From Camelus ferus (lineage: Eukaryota), in NCBI RefSeq assembly GCF_009834535.1, contig NC_045697.1, positions 106,208,001 through 106,272,000 on the forward strand: a stretch of 64,000 nt of DNA, in the 5' to 3' direction. Positions 1 through 12,905 of the stretch are shown here, piece after piece (position 1 is the first letter of the stretch; the number at the start of each line of letters is the position of its first letter). A program made the translations under genes and the position numbers. The notes under the pieces are model-generated. The model was given only the letters and a program-made list of their open reading frames with translations, was not told the DNA's origin and ran no database searches.

Positions 1-183
1 ACAGCATTTACATTATAGTAGGTATTATAAGCAGTCTAGGGACGATTTCAAGTATACAGGAGGATATGTGTAGGTCATTTGCAAACACTATGCCATTTTA
101 TATAAGGGACTTGAGCATCCCTGGATTTTGGTATCTGCAGAGGGTTCTGGAATCAATTTCCCACAGATATCAAGGAACAACTT
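1..183 (+). mobile_element. TcMar-Tigger DNA transposon (Tigger3/MER7-like) terminal fragment
   Basis: Matches the recalled Tigger3 end (…cattttatataagggacttgagcatcc…ggattttggtatctgcag…ggaatcaatttcccacagatatcaaggaacaact); truncated by the window edge. Confidence 0.75.
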
Positions 184-187
184 TACT

Positions 188-1420
188 TTCCCCTTAAGGT
201 CAGGAAGAATGCACAGATAAACATTCTCATCACTTTTTTTTAATACGGTTGTGGCTCTAGTTAGTGTCATAAGACCAGAAAAATAAATAAATAAAAAGCA
301 TGTATCTTTGTTTTTTTGTTTTTGTTTTTGTTTTAAACATTTTTATTGATTTATAATCATTTTACAATGTTGTGTCAAATTCCAGTGTAGAGCACAATTT
401 TTCAGTTATACATGAACATATATATATTCATTGTCACATTTTTTTCTCTGTGAGCTACCATAAGATCTTGTGTATATTTCCCTGTGCTATACAGTATAAT
501 CTTGTTTATCTATTCTACAATTTTGAAATCCTGTCTATCCCTTCCCTCCCTCCACCCCTTGGCAACCACAAGTTTGTATTCTATGTCTATGAGTCTATTT
601 CTGTTCTGTATTTATGTAAACAGCATGTATCTTTGGAAGGAAGCAGTAAAACCATCTTTATTCACAGACTACATGTTTGTCTATGTAAAAAATTCTATGG
701 AATCTATGAAAAGCTACTAGAACTAATAAATGAGGTTAGCAAGCTTGCTGATTAGAAGACCAATATAAAAAAAATCAGTTGTGTTTTCATATGCATACAA
801 CAAAAAAATCTGATTTGCTATTAAAAATTATCATAAAATAAGAAATACGTAAAGACAAATTAGATAAAATACACGTAAAACTCAAACATTGAAAGCTACA
901 AACACTGCTGAGGGAAATTAAAGAAATCCTAAATAAATGGAGAGCTGTATCATACCTATGGATCAGAAGATTCAATATTGTTAACATATCAGTTCTGCCC
1001 AAACTGATCTATTGGTCAATGCAATCCCAATCAATGTCCTAATAAGGTATTTTTGTAGAAATTAATGAGATGATTTTAAAATTCATATGGAAATGCAAAG
1101 TACCTAGAATAGCCAGAACAATTTTTAAAAAGAATATAGTTGGAAGTTTTATACTACCAAAGTTTAAGGCTTATTACAAAATTACAGTAATCAATACAGT
1201 ATGGTATTCACATAAAAATACACAAGTAGATCAACAGAACAGAATAGAAAGTCCAGAAATAGATCCAGACATATACGGTTGAATTGATGTTTGATAAAGA
1301 TACAAAGGCAGTTTAGGAAAGACGGTCTTCTTAACAAATGTCAAAACATCTTTAAGTAAGTACATTTAAATATGTGCAGTTAACTGTATGTCAATTAGGT
1401 TTCAATAAAACTGTTAAACA
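188..1420 (+). mobile_element. Old L1 (L1M-type) ORF2 fragment plus 3' end, interrupted by a younger L1
   Basis: ORF 1070-1282 ([49 protein letters not shown]…[11 protein letters not shown]) is degenerate L1 ORF2. L1 3' end 'gtatgtcaattaggtttcaataaaactg' lies near 1385-1415. Confidence 0.85.
311..621 (-). mobile_element. Young 5'-truncated camelid-type L1 3' UTR insertion with 14-bp TSD
   Basis: Exact direct repeat AGCATGTATCTTTG at 297-310 and 622-635. T/TTTG-rich tail at 311-334, AATAAA on the minus strand (tttatt about 342-347), and an L1 3'UTR-like body. Confidence 0.85.
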
Positions 1421-1559
1421 GCTTAAATGAAATAGGTTATTTTCTAGAAAAGTTTGATTTGAAGGAAAACATTAGAAACTAAGTTTTAAAAGAGAAAGGG
1501 TGGGTAGAAAAGCTTTAAACAAACAGGAAATGGGATGTGATGAACTGGAAGTAAAAGAG

Positions 1560-1835
1560 CCAGGTGGCTGCATCATAGAGATTGTGAAAGGAGACTAGTG
1601 ATGAGAAAAACATCAGGCCTTGCAGACAATAGTTAATAATTGTTATATATATAATGGAAGGCCATAATAGAGTTTTAAGATTCTGGGTAATCTATGATTG
1701 ATGTTACATATTTAATAGACCCCTCTGATTCCTCTTTGCTGAAAAGCAATATTGGAAGGATAGAGATTGGCTAAGAGGCTATTTGCAGTAGTCCAGGCAC
1801 AAAGCAATGGGCTTTGTAAAAAGGGAGAATAGAGG
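1560..1835 (-). mobile_element. L2 fragment
   Basis: L2-like motifs, e.g. 'aagaggctatttgcagtagtccaggcacaaagcaatgg'. Confidence 0.55.
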
Positions 1836-1837
1836 GA

Positions 1838-3030
1838 CAATCCAAAAATGACATTTAAGAAAACAATTCCATTTACAATAGTATAAAAAAGAAGAAAATA
1901 ATTAAAAATAAAGTTAATGAAGAAATGCAAGACTTACATACTAAGCACCACAAAAGAATGAATTTGGATGCCTACCTCACACCATATATAAAAATTAACT
2001 CAAAATGGATCACAGACCTAAATATAAGCATTAAACTGTGAAACTCCTAGAGGGAAACACCGGAATTTATAAATTTGGAGCAGGCAATGGTTTCTGAGAA
2101 ACAATATTAGAAACACAGGACCAAAAAAAAAAAAAAAAAGATAAATTGGACTTCAAAAAATTAAAAACTTTAGCTTCCAAGGACACTATCAAGGAAATGA
2201 AAAGACAACCCACTGACTGGGAGGAAATATCTGCAAATCTTATTTGAGATAATGCACTTGTATACAGAACACATAAGGAACAACTCAATGGAAAAAGAAA
2301 AATTACTCAATCTTAAAGTGGGCAAATTATTTGAATAGACTTTTCTCTGAAGAAGATATACAAAGGGCCAACAGCACATGAATAGATGTTCAACATCATT
2401 AGTCATCAGGGAAATGTAAATCAAAATTATAGTGAGATACCACCTCACACCTACTAGAATGACAATAACAAAAAAGACAGACAGTAACAGGTGTCACCAA
2501 GGATTATAGAGAAGTTAGAACCCTCATGAATTATTGATGCAATTGTAAAATGATGCAACCACCTTGGAAAAGAGTTTATCAGTTCCTCAGAATGCTAAAG
2601 TAGAACTATCATGTGACTCAGCAATTTTACTCTTAGGTATCCATCCATGAAAAATAAAAACATGTCCATACAAAAACTTGTACATATATGTTTGTCACAG
2701 CATTATTAAGAATAGCCCCAAAGTGGAAACTACTAAAATGTCCATCAACTGATTAAGAATAAGCAAAATGTTGCTTATCCATACGGTGGAATACTATTTG
2801 GTAATAAAAAAGAGTAAAGTACTGATACATGCTACAACATGGATGAACTCCTAAATCCTTAAGGAAAGGAAGTCAGTTATGAAAGACCACATACTGTATG
2901 ATTCCATTTATGTAAAATATCTAATATAGGTAAATCCATAAAGGCAGACAGTAGATCAGTGGTTGCCTATGGCTGGGGATTGGAGATGGACAGCAGTCAG
3001 GTAGGGTATGGGGAGGGAAAGCTATTGGTA
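1838..3030 (+). mobile_element. L1MB-like ORF2 C-terminus and 3' UTR
   Basis: Typical L1 motifs: 'aaaattaactcaaaatggatcacagacctaaat', 'catcattagtcatcagggaaatgtaaatcaaa', 'gtactgatacatgctacaacatggatgaac', 'gtagatcagtggttgcct'. Confidence 0.9.
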
Positions 3031-5485
3031 CAAGTTATAGTTCTGAATACATAAACAAAATAAGTTCAGGAAAAAATAATGGTGAAACCTCTGATCTAAA
3101 ATTTATAAGAATATATATATGCAGTAAGTAAATTTAAGGGTCAAGATTAATGAAAAGCAATAACAAAATGAATGAAAATAAAATACTGAGAACATTTAAA
3201 TTCTAAAGCATAAGATTAGTCTATAATTCCTCTTAGTGTTTTGGGGGTTTTCTGTTTGTTTACTTTTCTTAATTTCCAGTCTTGGTAATCCTGCTGTGTG
3301 GTGGGTTTTAATTTGTTAATATCTAGTTTGACAGAAAAGACAGAAAAACAACTTAGGAGTTAATTTTCTTATAGAAAAGATTAGAAAAGAGAGATAAGCT
3401 ATTTTAGCCAATGTTCTTATAGACAAATTAGTTTGGAGTCAAATATTTTGAAAGTTAATTCAGAATTTAATATTTTAGGTGCAAAAGCTTTTCTCTAAGT
3501 GGCAAGAAACACAGAAATTTAGTAACTGAGTTATAGATTGCAAACAAACCAATCCAACCTATAAACACTTTTTAACTTCCATGATCCTCTGCAAAGTACT
3601 AGGTTTGCGGATTATGCTCTACCACAGATTAGTTTATCATTTGGGTGCTGTAGGCAGCCATCCAGTCTAGTAAATGGCTAACATAAGTCATAACAATAAA
3701 GCTAGATGGAGGGTTTCTGTTACTGTTATTTTACTTTCAGCACCACTAGATTATAGTGCAGTGGGACTGTGAATCCCTGAACGATGCCTTGAAAATGTTC
3801 CCATATGTTTCATAGAGTGGCTTTCACTAACTGAAACCAAAAAAAAAAAAAAAAAAAAAGTTTAAATAGCTCAAGAAACACACCTCTTATTCTAATAGGC
3901 TGTGACATGATAATATACACAAGATGAATGTTAAACAATTGTTGCTTCTCTGCTTTCAGCGGGATAAAACAGACTATAGGATGAAAGCAAAGGATGCTCT
4001 GCGTTAAGGTATTTATTTATCACATTTTCTCTCCTTATGGTCAGATACAGCCTTCTCAGCCATTCACCTCTGTCTTGCCAATGCATGGTACTTAGTAGGT
4101 ACTTAATAAACATTGTTGGATTAACTAAAAAGAACAATGAAGACGTAACTGCAAAAACAAAGCAAGAAATAGTTTACCTTTTTTTTTTCTTCACTTGGTT
4201 TCAAATTTTTAGAAATGGATGGGTACATGTATAATATTATTTTTTAGCTGTATAAAAAAATCCACTCTAGAGTTACCAAAATAACTGAATTACTGTTTGA
4301 GTAACATAATTATATTGCCACAGGTTAAAAAAAACTCTCTGGGATCAAGGATGTATCATTTTTTTGGTACTAGACAGAGTGTCTAAGTACCAACTGATCC
4401 TAAGAGGATCAATATTAACATACTGAAAAGAGGGAAAAAAGGGAGAAAAAGGAAGGCAGGGAAGAAGAAAGGATCAAATGACAGTATAAACTAACCAATG
4501 GACCCAGAAAGCTGTAATGCTTTTTAATACTCACCACTGCTATTTAGGACAAAAGGTACTGAAAATCATTGGAAAATCTTTATTTCTAATGGACTAAACA
4601 TGTCTACTTCAAAAAATAATCAAGTATTGATTTTCAAAATTCCTTCTGGACCCCTTGACATACTACTATAATACTACTTAACATTTTCTCTGTTAAAAAA
4701 AAAAAAAAACAATGCCAATATATGTCATTAAAGCAAGGTGAAGGGTCATGTGGAATGCTATTGTTTATGGTAAGGTACATTAATAACCATTTTTACCATA
4801 ACATCAAGAATCCTTGAAAAAAATACCCATTTTGCTTATGAACATCTATTTTTATATCAGACTAGATTATAAAACAGCAAAGGAAAGAAACATGAGGAAA
4901 ACGTATCATCTTTGGTTTTACTTTCAATTTTAAAATTGACTGTAAAAAAAGGAAGAAAAATTCTAATGAGGCAAGTTTCTTGTTAATGGTAACAGGAAGC
5001 CAATAAAACTGAAGGAATGACTTACATATATCCATCCTGAGGCTGTATGTGACACTGCAGATAATTTTCAAGAGAAGAAATTTCCATAAAAAAGACTGAA
5101 TTTTAACAAAATTTGGATTAGTCCCAATAGAAATGTCTTGTGTCATCCTATGAAGTTGCTTATTACACTGTCTAGGAAAAGAAGTGATAAATGATTAAAG
5201 ATTGAAGAGATTTGGGGGAAACCATATGCCCAGAATATAAATGGTCAAAATGGCTGTGGCTTGGATAGAAGATAAATATGAGTTCCCTATACGTGAAGAA
5301 ACCCAAATCTGTTAGAAGGAAGATACAGCAGCCTGAGAACTGACGCAAACTTCCATTCCAAAAGAGCTTTCTTTTTAAATAAAATATTAGAAAATGAGAA
5401 AGTAGAGATCCTTCCTACAAAAATCAGTTGCTTTTACAGACTTTATTGCATGTATCTTATGCATATATATATTGCATATGTATTA

Positions 5486-5530
5486 TACCTCTCTGTATAC
5501 ATTGACCTACCTCTCTGTATACACTGTACC
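5486..5530. repeat. 22-23-bp tandem duplication
   Basis: tacctctctgtatacattgacc followed by tacctctctgtatacactgtacc. Confidence 0.85.
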
Positions 5531-7829
5531 TAAAAGACATTATTTGTAATATCTATTAAGTCACCTATGAATTCTTTGGAGATTTTATCACTATACTGTT
5601 CTATATCAGCACTGCCCAAATGCACACCATGATTTGGCAGGTCTGAGGCAGAGCATGAAATTGTGCATTTAATGGGCATTTCTTACCCTGAGTGCAAATG
5701 ACATCAGTGTTGCTGATATCAACGAACATTGAATGCAAAGATTCTTACGGGCTGACTAGCCAATGCAGGCGAAGGGTCTTTTTCAGAGTTAGATCAAAAT
5801 TAGAATGACACTTCTTCAGAAAATGACTCGATCAGAATAATGACAAATACCAGTAGAGAATGGCAGGCCGGACCGGCTCTCTCAGTGTTCATGTGTTTCC
5901 TTGAGTATTTTAAGGACAAGGAGGGAGAAGAAGGGAGTGTTAGAGGAATGGATGTAAAGGAAAAATTACTCATCTTTCCGCATCTCCACAACAGCACCTA
6001 CCACCTACATACAGTACACTGAAGTTAATTTTCCATAAAGCAGTAAGACTGTTTCCTACAGTTTGAATTTCTGTCTTTGCTTGTTTATCTTGCATGTGTC
6101 TTCTTCTCCATTTTCCACTCAGAGCCCATTAGTTATCATGGAAACAACGACTCGGGTGTGCATGAGGAATAGAGGCATAAGTATTTTCAACTGAGGCAAA
6201 GTGCCACAAATTACATTCAATTCTCAGAGCTGGGTTTATACCACAGTTGGACAGCAGCAAAATTAAATCAGAAATTAGACTGCTGAATTATTCTGGATTC
6301 AACTTTAGAAGGCAGACTGCTAGTCTCTGCAGGAGAACATATGAATCTGAGCTACAGAGAATGATTAGGCAATGAACAACACACTGGGAGAAAATGGATT
6401 TGTAGGAGGAAGGGATAAATAAAAGTTCTCCATTTCTTTTCTACAAATTTCAAAATATCCCTTTGGTGTGAGGTGTTGGAATTACTGCATCAAAAAAAAA
6501 AAAACTGTTAGAAAGAACTTAGGAAAAATAGCATGATTTCCATGATTTAGGGAACAGCCTCTGGTTAGGAAATATAAAAGACAATCCCATTATATAAAAA
6601 TTCAGTTTATATACACAGGCAAGGTGAAGATTACTAAGCTGGAGGTGTCCAATGAAAATCTGAACCTGATTCATTAAGTCATGAAGACAAATGATGATCA
6701 AACAGAGCACTTTAAAATGAACTGCCATAAACAACAGGAGCACAGCTTACCGCTGCTATTAGCCATAATTGGGTTTTGGAAGGAAACAGAAGCCGAATGC
6801 AATATAGGTAATTAAAGAACAAGCTTTTGTTAACACTGGCAATCAAGGGGTTGTGATTTTACAGACTTGGAACCTATTATGGTACCCTGAAACTAGTCTA
6901 TTTTTAAACAGGGAGTGTATTTCTCCTTCTTACAACACTAAAGTATAATCCTGGCTAACAGACAGGTCGTTTTCTACTCAAACTATTTACTATCCATATA
7001 GGGGAAAGATGAGCATTTTTAGAATCCAGAATTACCATGGAAACCATATTCTTAATCCCTGAGGAATGGGGAACAATTGGTTGTGAAATCACAATGGCTA
7101 AATTACGAGTCCCTAAATAGTGCATTATTGTAACTACTACCTCAATACTAAGCATATGGGGTTTTATTTTGTTTCCCTTTAAAATGAACTTGTTTTTTTT
7201 TATAAGATACCTATAACATTTTGATTAGGTAACTTAAAGTAAATACGGTACTTCAAAACATGATGTCTGAGAATCAAAATTAAAATCATAATGAATATAA
7301 AGGAATGATTACAATAGTCATATCAGATGTTCAGCATTTCTGGAGAAGTAACACAGACTTAGCTTTAAAAAAAAGCTCAAAAGTAAAACATAAAAATAAC
7401 ACCAGTAGACTTGATAAATAGGAATCTTTTTAGAAAGTTTCCAATCATACTACTTGGAAAAAAACCCTGAATCTCAAAGTAGCTCATCAGAAAGAAAATT
7501 AGAGTAAACTGCATATTTCTTTCTAGGTTGGGTACAAAGGTAAAATTATAACGCTTTGTGGCATTCATCTTTTTCCTCTTTTATTGTGTTTGTAATATTG
7601 CCACTCAGATAATTTAAATGAACTGCTGATCTCAGACTGTCCATACCTACCATCCCTCATTTGTACATTTATCCAGCTCCCTCCCACTAGGCTGCAAGCC
7701 CCTCCAGTGAAGGAAGTCTGCTGCATGTATCATAGAGACCGAGAGCCTTTCTTCATGGTTGGCGCATAACTGAAGTATGATAATGATAACATTCAATTAA
7801 GGAGTGCTTGCTTAGTTTGCACTAAGACA

Positions 7830-8350
7830 AATGCAATAATCTGATCAAGGGAGATGCCTATTCTGCCTTTTCTGTACAAGTCAGGCCTGCATCCGAAACA
7901 ATTATTCAATTCTATGCATAACATAGAATTTCTTTCTGTGGACTTTTATCAAGAGGAACATGACTGAAAGATGGTTCCAAGGATTACTGTGGACTGTTTA
8001 CCATAAAAGAGTTGGGCCTGCTTACCTTCATGAAGACTGAAAGTGCAGAGCGCCACAGCAGCTGTGTACTAATGTTAGGAAGAATGCCAGAGGGAAGACA
8101 AGTAAGATGTGTCCCTATAACTCCAGAAGGTAGAATTAGGAGAAAAGAATGTGCATTTCAGAGACAGAAGTGAATCATTTTAATGACATATTATTAAATA
8201 ATTAGTGGTTTGAAAATGAAAATATTCTGTTGTAGGCAACAGTGTTCTGTCACTGACTATGTGGCCAGATAACTACTTTTCAGGAATGTTGATTAGGAGA
8301 ATAGATGTCCACGAAAAAACCCTTTCCAACGCTGATATACAATGATCTTA
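7830..8350 (+). mobile_element. L3/CR1 LINE 3' fragment
   Basis: CR1-like 3' region, e.g. 'actccagaaggtagaattaggag', ending in 'ccctttccaacgctgatatacaatgatct' (similar to the CR1/MIR3 tail). Confidence 0.6.
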
Positions 8351-8429
8351 AATTTGGTAGAATATCTGAATAAGGATACTGAGAACCACATTATTAGAGG
8401 AGAGAGAAAAGATACGATGAGAATCCTTA

Positions 8430-10480
8430 ATTCATTTTCTTATTCATACTGACAACAAATATGTATTGAGTGAATACCACATGCCAGGAACTGTTCTAAG
8501 TTTTGGGGATGCATCAGTGAACAAAACAGACAAAGGTCACTGTTAGGGAATACAGACAATAATTAAGTACATTTCAGTTAGGATCTCAGTGGGAAAGAGA
8601 TGACATACTTAATAAAAACATTACTTCAAAAAGGTAAGGGTGAGGTTTAGGGAGAACCAACAAGGGCTGGTGCAAAATTCCAAGGCTACCAATTTCAGGG
8701 AACTGTTATATGGTAGGCTTGATGGAACAAGAAAAGAGTATAGTTATTAAAACTCAGAAAGGGTCATGTGGCTTTCAGTAGAGCAAAACAGCCAAGTGGC
8801 AGAGACACAGCAGGGAAGGAGCTGAGGAAATAAATACCCCAGCCTCACTGCCCCTCTGCCCTCTGATCTAGCGCTGCTGCCCACTAGGCTACACTCAGCT
8901 GGAACCCGAAGGACCACAGACTGTTGATGCTGAGGGCACAGAGTAGGGTGGAAGAATGGCTCTGAAGGGGTAAATGAAAAATAGCCAGTATGGTATGTTA
9001 GAAGGTAATAAGTAAATAATAAAAACAATGATGGAGTAGGGAAAGGAGATAGGTAGTTTGGGAATCAGGAGAAGGTGTTACAAAATAAGAGTGGTCAGAG
9101 TAGACATAACTGAGAAGGTATCAACTGAACTAAGACTTGAAGGAGACAGGGAGTTTAGCCAGTTGAAAATTTGGGTAAGGAATATTCCAAGAAGAAGGAA
9201 TGGTCTGTGTGTGGCTGTTGTCTTTAAGAAAAAATAAGGCAGCCAGTATGATACGAGCATAGTGGATAAAGAGGAAAATAGTAAGAGATGAAGACAGAAT
9301 GTTTCAGGGGGCCAGATAATACAAGATTTTAAAGGCTATTGAAATGAATTTGGTCCTAGCAAGCTGAGTGGGATACTGATGAAGGGTTTTGATCCGAGTA
9401 AAGACACAACCTTACATATGTTTGAATGATCATTCTGGCTGCTGTTATGGAAATAGGTGGTGGCAGGGAGAGGCAAGGATAGCATCAGGGACAGCATGCT
9501 AGGATGCTACTGCCATAACCCAAGCAAGAGGATGCTCAGACTAGGGTGGCAGCAGAGATGATTAGTAGTCAGATATAACTGAAGGTACAGCCAATAGGAT
9601 TTCATGACAGATTAGATGTAGAAGTAAGAGAAAGAAAGGAGTCAAAGATGCTCCTAGATCGCCTTGGAGAGTGGGAAGAATGGAATTGGTATTTACTAAG
9701 ATGGTAAGAATGTAAGTGGGGTCAATTTGAACCAGAAAATCAGGAATTTTGGATATATTGAATATGGAGTATCTGTTGAATCTAAAGTGGATATATTGGC
9801 TAAGCAGGTATATAAATGAACCTGGACTTGGGAGCAAGGTCTGGGCTGGAAATGGAAGATTGCGAGTGATCAGCATATATATGATATTTAAAGCCGTGAG
9901 ATAGAGGAGATCACAAAGAGAGTGAATATGAACAGAGAAGGGAGGAGGGCCAAGGACTGGGGCTTGGGGAACTGCAATATTAAGGTGGTAGGGAGGTGAG
10001 AATCAACAGAGGAGATTGATAGAGAAAAAAATCAGAGAGTGAGGAGGAAAACCAGAAGATGTCTCTGAACAACAACAATAACAAAAATAAGTCTATCAAG
10101 AAGGGAATAACCAACCATGGGAAATGCTTCTAGACCAAGTAAGATAACAATTGGATTTAGCAAAATGAAGGTTATTGGTAAACTTGACAAGAGCAGTATT
10201 GGTGGAGTGATGGGGAGGGAGGGATGTGACAATAGTGGATTTGACATACAGTAAGAGGAGAGGAATCAAAGACAATGAATGCAGACAACTCTTTCAAGAC
10301 AGTTTACTGCAAAAAAAAGTTGTAATTGATAGGAAGAAATTTTTCTGTTTTTTTTTTTTTTAATGTGGGATAAATAGCATGTTTGTATACTGATAGAAAA
10401 CATTCAGTAAAAAAGGAAAATTGATGATTTGGAGAGAAAGGTGAGAGCTGCTGGAGCAATGGTCTTAAGAAGGTAAGTGC
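8430..10480 (-). mobile_element. L2a LINE, interrupted by an ERVL LTR
   Basis: L2 3' tail at 8430-8545 ('caacaaatatgtattgagtgaataccacatgccaggaactgttctaag'). The L2 body resumes from about 8995 to 10480. Confidence 0.8.
8575..8991 (-). mobile_element. ERVL solo LTR (LTR33/LTR41-like)
   Basis: Recalled motifs 'gaaataaataccccagcctcactgcccctctgccctctgatct' and 'gggcacagagtagggtggaag…gaaggggtaaatgaaaaatagccag'; nested in L2. Confidence 0.7.
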
Positions 10481-11559
10481 TGGAGCTCAGGCACAACTAA
10501 ATGGACCAACTTAAGACTGGACATGAATCAGATGGAGCATCTATGGTATCACGAGAAGACAGGATAACTGACAGTAAGTACCAAAGAATGCACATTTTTT
10601 GTAAGGAACGATGCATTAGCCTGTCTGCTTGATAGTAGGAAAAAATATTCAAAATAAATCTGAGTTTCCTTACTGAAGTTCCCCCAGAGTGGCAGGTAGA
10701 GCACTGGTTCTCTACTATGAATGAGGACTTATATTACAATATGAAATTAAATTAATTTATAAATAAATTGACTTTATCCTAAAGGCAGAAAGTGATCAAA
10801 ACACCACTAAGTCTTAAGTCTTAAGTCTTTTTTTTTTTTTTTTTTTTTGCTTTTAACCAGTTATAGGAAATATTATGAGCCAGATACAGAAAAAAGCAAA
10901 CTGAGAGGGTGTGCCTTCCTGCCCATCAGATCCAGGAACACATCTCAGATCAGAGGCATTGAGTTCTCTTGATCTTTCATTCTATTTCTATTAGTACAAT
11001 AACAGCAATCTTTTATTTGAATAGCATTTTACAACTTACAAAGCTTTGTACTACATTAAATGGAAATTAAATTGAAAGTAGTCTCACAGAAGACAGACAG
11101 AAATCTGGTCTCTGGGAAGACAGCTGGCTTCTTAAAAGTTTATATGCCATCAGCACTGCCCCCAATTCACTTCATTTTTATTTAATCACATATCAAAGAT
11201 AAGATTTCAGTGGAAAATAAGCAGCAATAGATCATAAACCTATCAAAAGACATCATTTTGTGAAATATGGCTGTGTTCATAAAGTTAAAACTAAGGGTCT
11301 GAGAGCCCTCCCTGTCATCTTCAAAAAATCAGCTGATGATGTTCATCGGGGCTTATCTTAGACTACTTTCTATTAAAGCTATTTTTTTCCTGTCTCAGCT
11401 AAACCTAAACCAGGACTGACCTTTAGCCATTTTCTGATGAACTAGCAGGCTGTGATCTCCCAGGGGCCTGTTAACAAGAGCTGATAAGCACAAGGGTCAG
11501 GGAGCCCGTAAAGAAGAAATTCCTCTCTGCTGAGAAGAGGAAGAAACAGGAATAACCAG

Positions 11560-11790
11560 GAGGTAGATATTTATTGAGCATTTACTTTGTACCATACACT
11601 GTGCTGGGAAACTGGGATATAGAAGGAAGCAAAAATAGACATGGCTCTTGCCTTCAAAGGGCTTCTTTTCAGTGGGGGCTGGCAGGAGACACACATCAAA
11701 TCAAACAGTCTCACAGATAAATGCAAACAGAAATGGAACAGTTATGATAGAAGGTAAAAGTTGAGACTGAGGGGATATAATGGCAAAAAA
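11560..11790 (-). mobile_element. L2 3' fragment
   Basis: 'gatatttattgagcatttactttgtaccatacactgtgctggg…catggctcttgccttcaaagggctt'. Confidence 0.7.
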
Positions 11791-12339
11791 AAAAAAGTTC
11801 TGTGTGTTGGGGAGTTCTGGATGGTGTAGGTAGTATGGTCAAATGGCACAGACCTTTTAAAATCTTTCACAAGAAGGATATATGGTCTGTAAGCAAAAGT
11901 GGGATATCAGAAACATCTCAATCCTAGATCTTGCTCTGGGGTTTCTGGATCTTAAGAAATCAAAAGGCCAATACTTGAAAGGGCTACAAGAGAACTGGCA
12001 TCTTCAGGAGACAGCCAAATTTATATTAAGGCCAGGAGCTGAAGAAACCACATACGAGAGTGAGGACATTGCAGAGCTGGATGACTGGGGACCAGCAGTT
12101 CTAGGGGCACAGTGGAATAACTGAGGCTATCAAAAGTGAGGGGAGACAAAATCAAGGAAAGAAAAGTAAAATGTTATTGGGATGAGGGCTTATGCTTTGG
12201 GTGTTGACTGATGAAAAGATGGATTAATTCATTTACTTAACAGTTTAACAAATATTAAGCACCTCCATGGGTTCCAGGGCCGATGACCCAGGTGAGACCT
12301 CAAAGCAGCAGGTCCCTCCCTTCACTGGGAAGCAGGAGG

Positions 12340-12562
12340 AGCTGAGCGGTTAGTGGCACTGACTCTGGAGCCAGGCTGCATGGGTTCAAATTCTGGCTAA
12401 ACTAGTAATTAGCTGTGTGACCTTGGGCAAGTTACTTTACATTTCTAAGCTTTGACTGTCTCATCTCTAAAGTATAATACACCTTCCTAATTAGCTCGAG
12501 GATTATATGAATTAGCCTGTGTAAAGCATTTAGAATATTCTCTGGCACACAGTTAGTTATTA
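12340..12562 (+). mobile_element. MIR SINE
   Basis: MIR core 'gactctggagccaggctgcatgggttcaaattctggct…agctgtgtgaccttgggcaagttactt'. Confidence 0.85.
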
Positions 12563-12660
12563 GGTGGCCATAAAAGAAATGACAAAAATGATTAATAAGA
12601 TCATTCCAGACAGCAGTGTTGCTTTGCAGGAAGTAGAGAGTCAGTCATGCAGAAAGCCAT

Positions 12661-12905
12661 GGGCAGCTTAGTGTATCAAAGAGTACGAGGCTCTGGCATC
12701 TCACTGCCTGGGTTCAGATCCTGACTCAGTGCACCTTCAAATGTGTGGCCTTGGGCAAATTTCTTAAGCTATGTGTTTCTGTGTGTTCACCTCTAAATGA
12801 TTAGTAACACTTATCTCATAAAGTTGTTTTGGGGAATTAGACAAGTAAACACATGTAAGTTACTTAGAGTAGTGCCAGGAATAGAGTTCATGTACAATAA
12901 CTGCT
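12661..12905 (+). mobile_element. MIR SINE
   Basis: 'tgcctgggttcagatcctgactc…tgtgtggccttgggcaaatttcttaa…cttagagtagtgcc'. Confidence 0.8.

Noticed and set aside
372..755. 127-aa plus-strand ORF
   Set aside because: It is the antisense reading of an L1 3'UTR insertion running into an older L1; not a gene.
6095..6130. 'VENGEED' resembling the IQCM 'V.GEEG' motif
   Set aside because: Preceded by an in-frame stop and has no flanking similarity; chance match.
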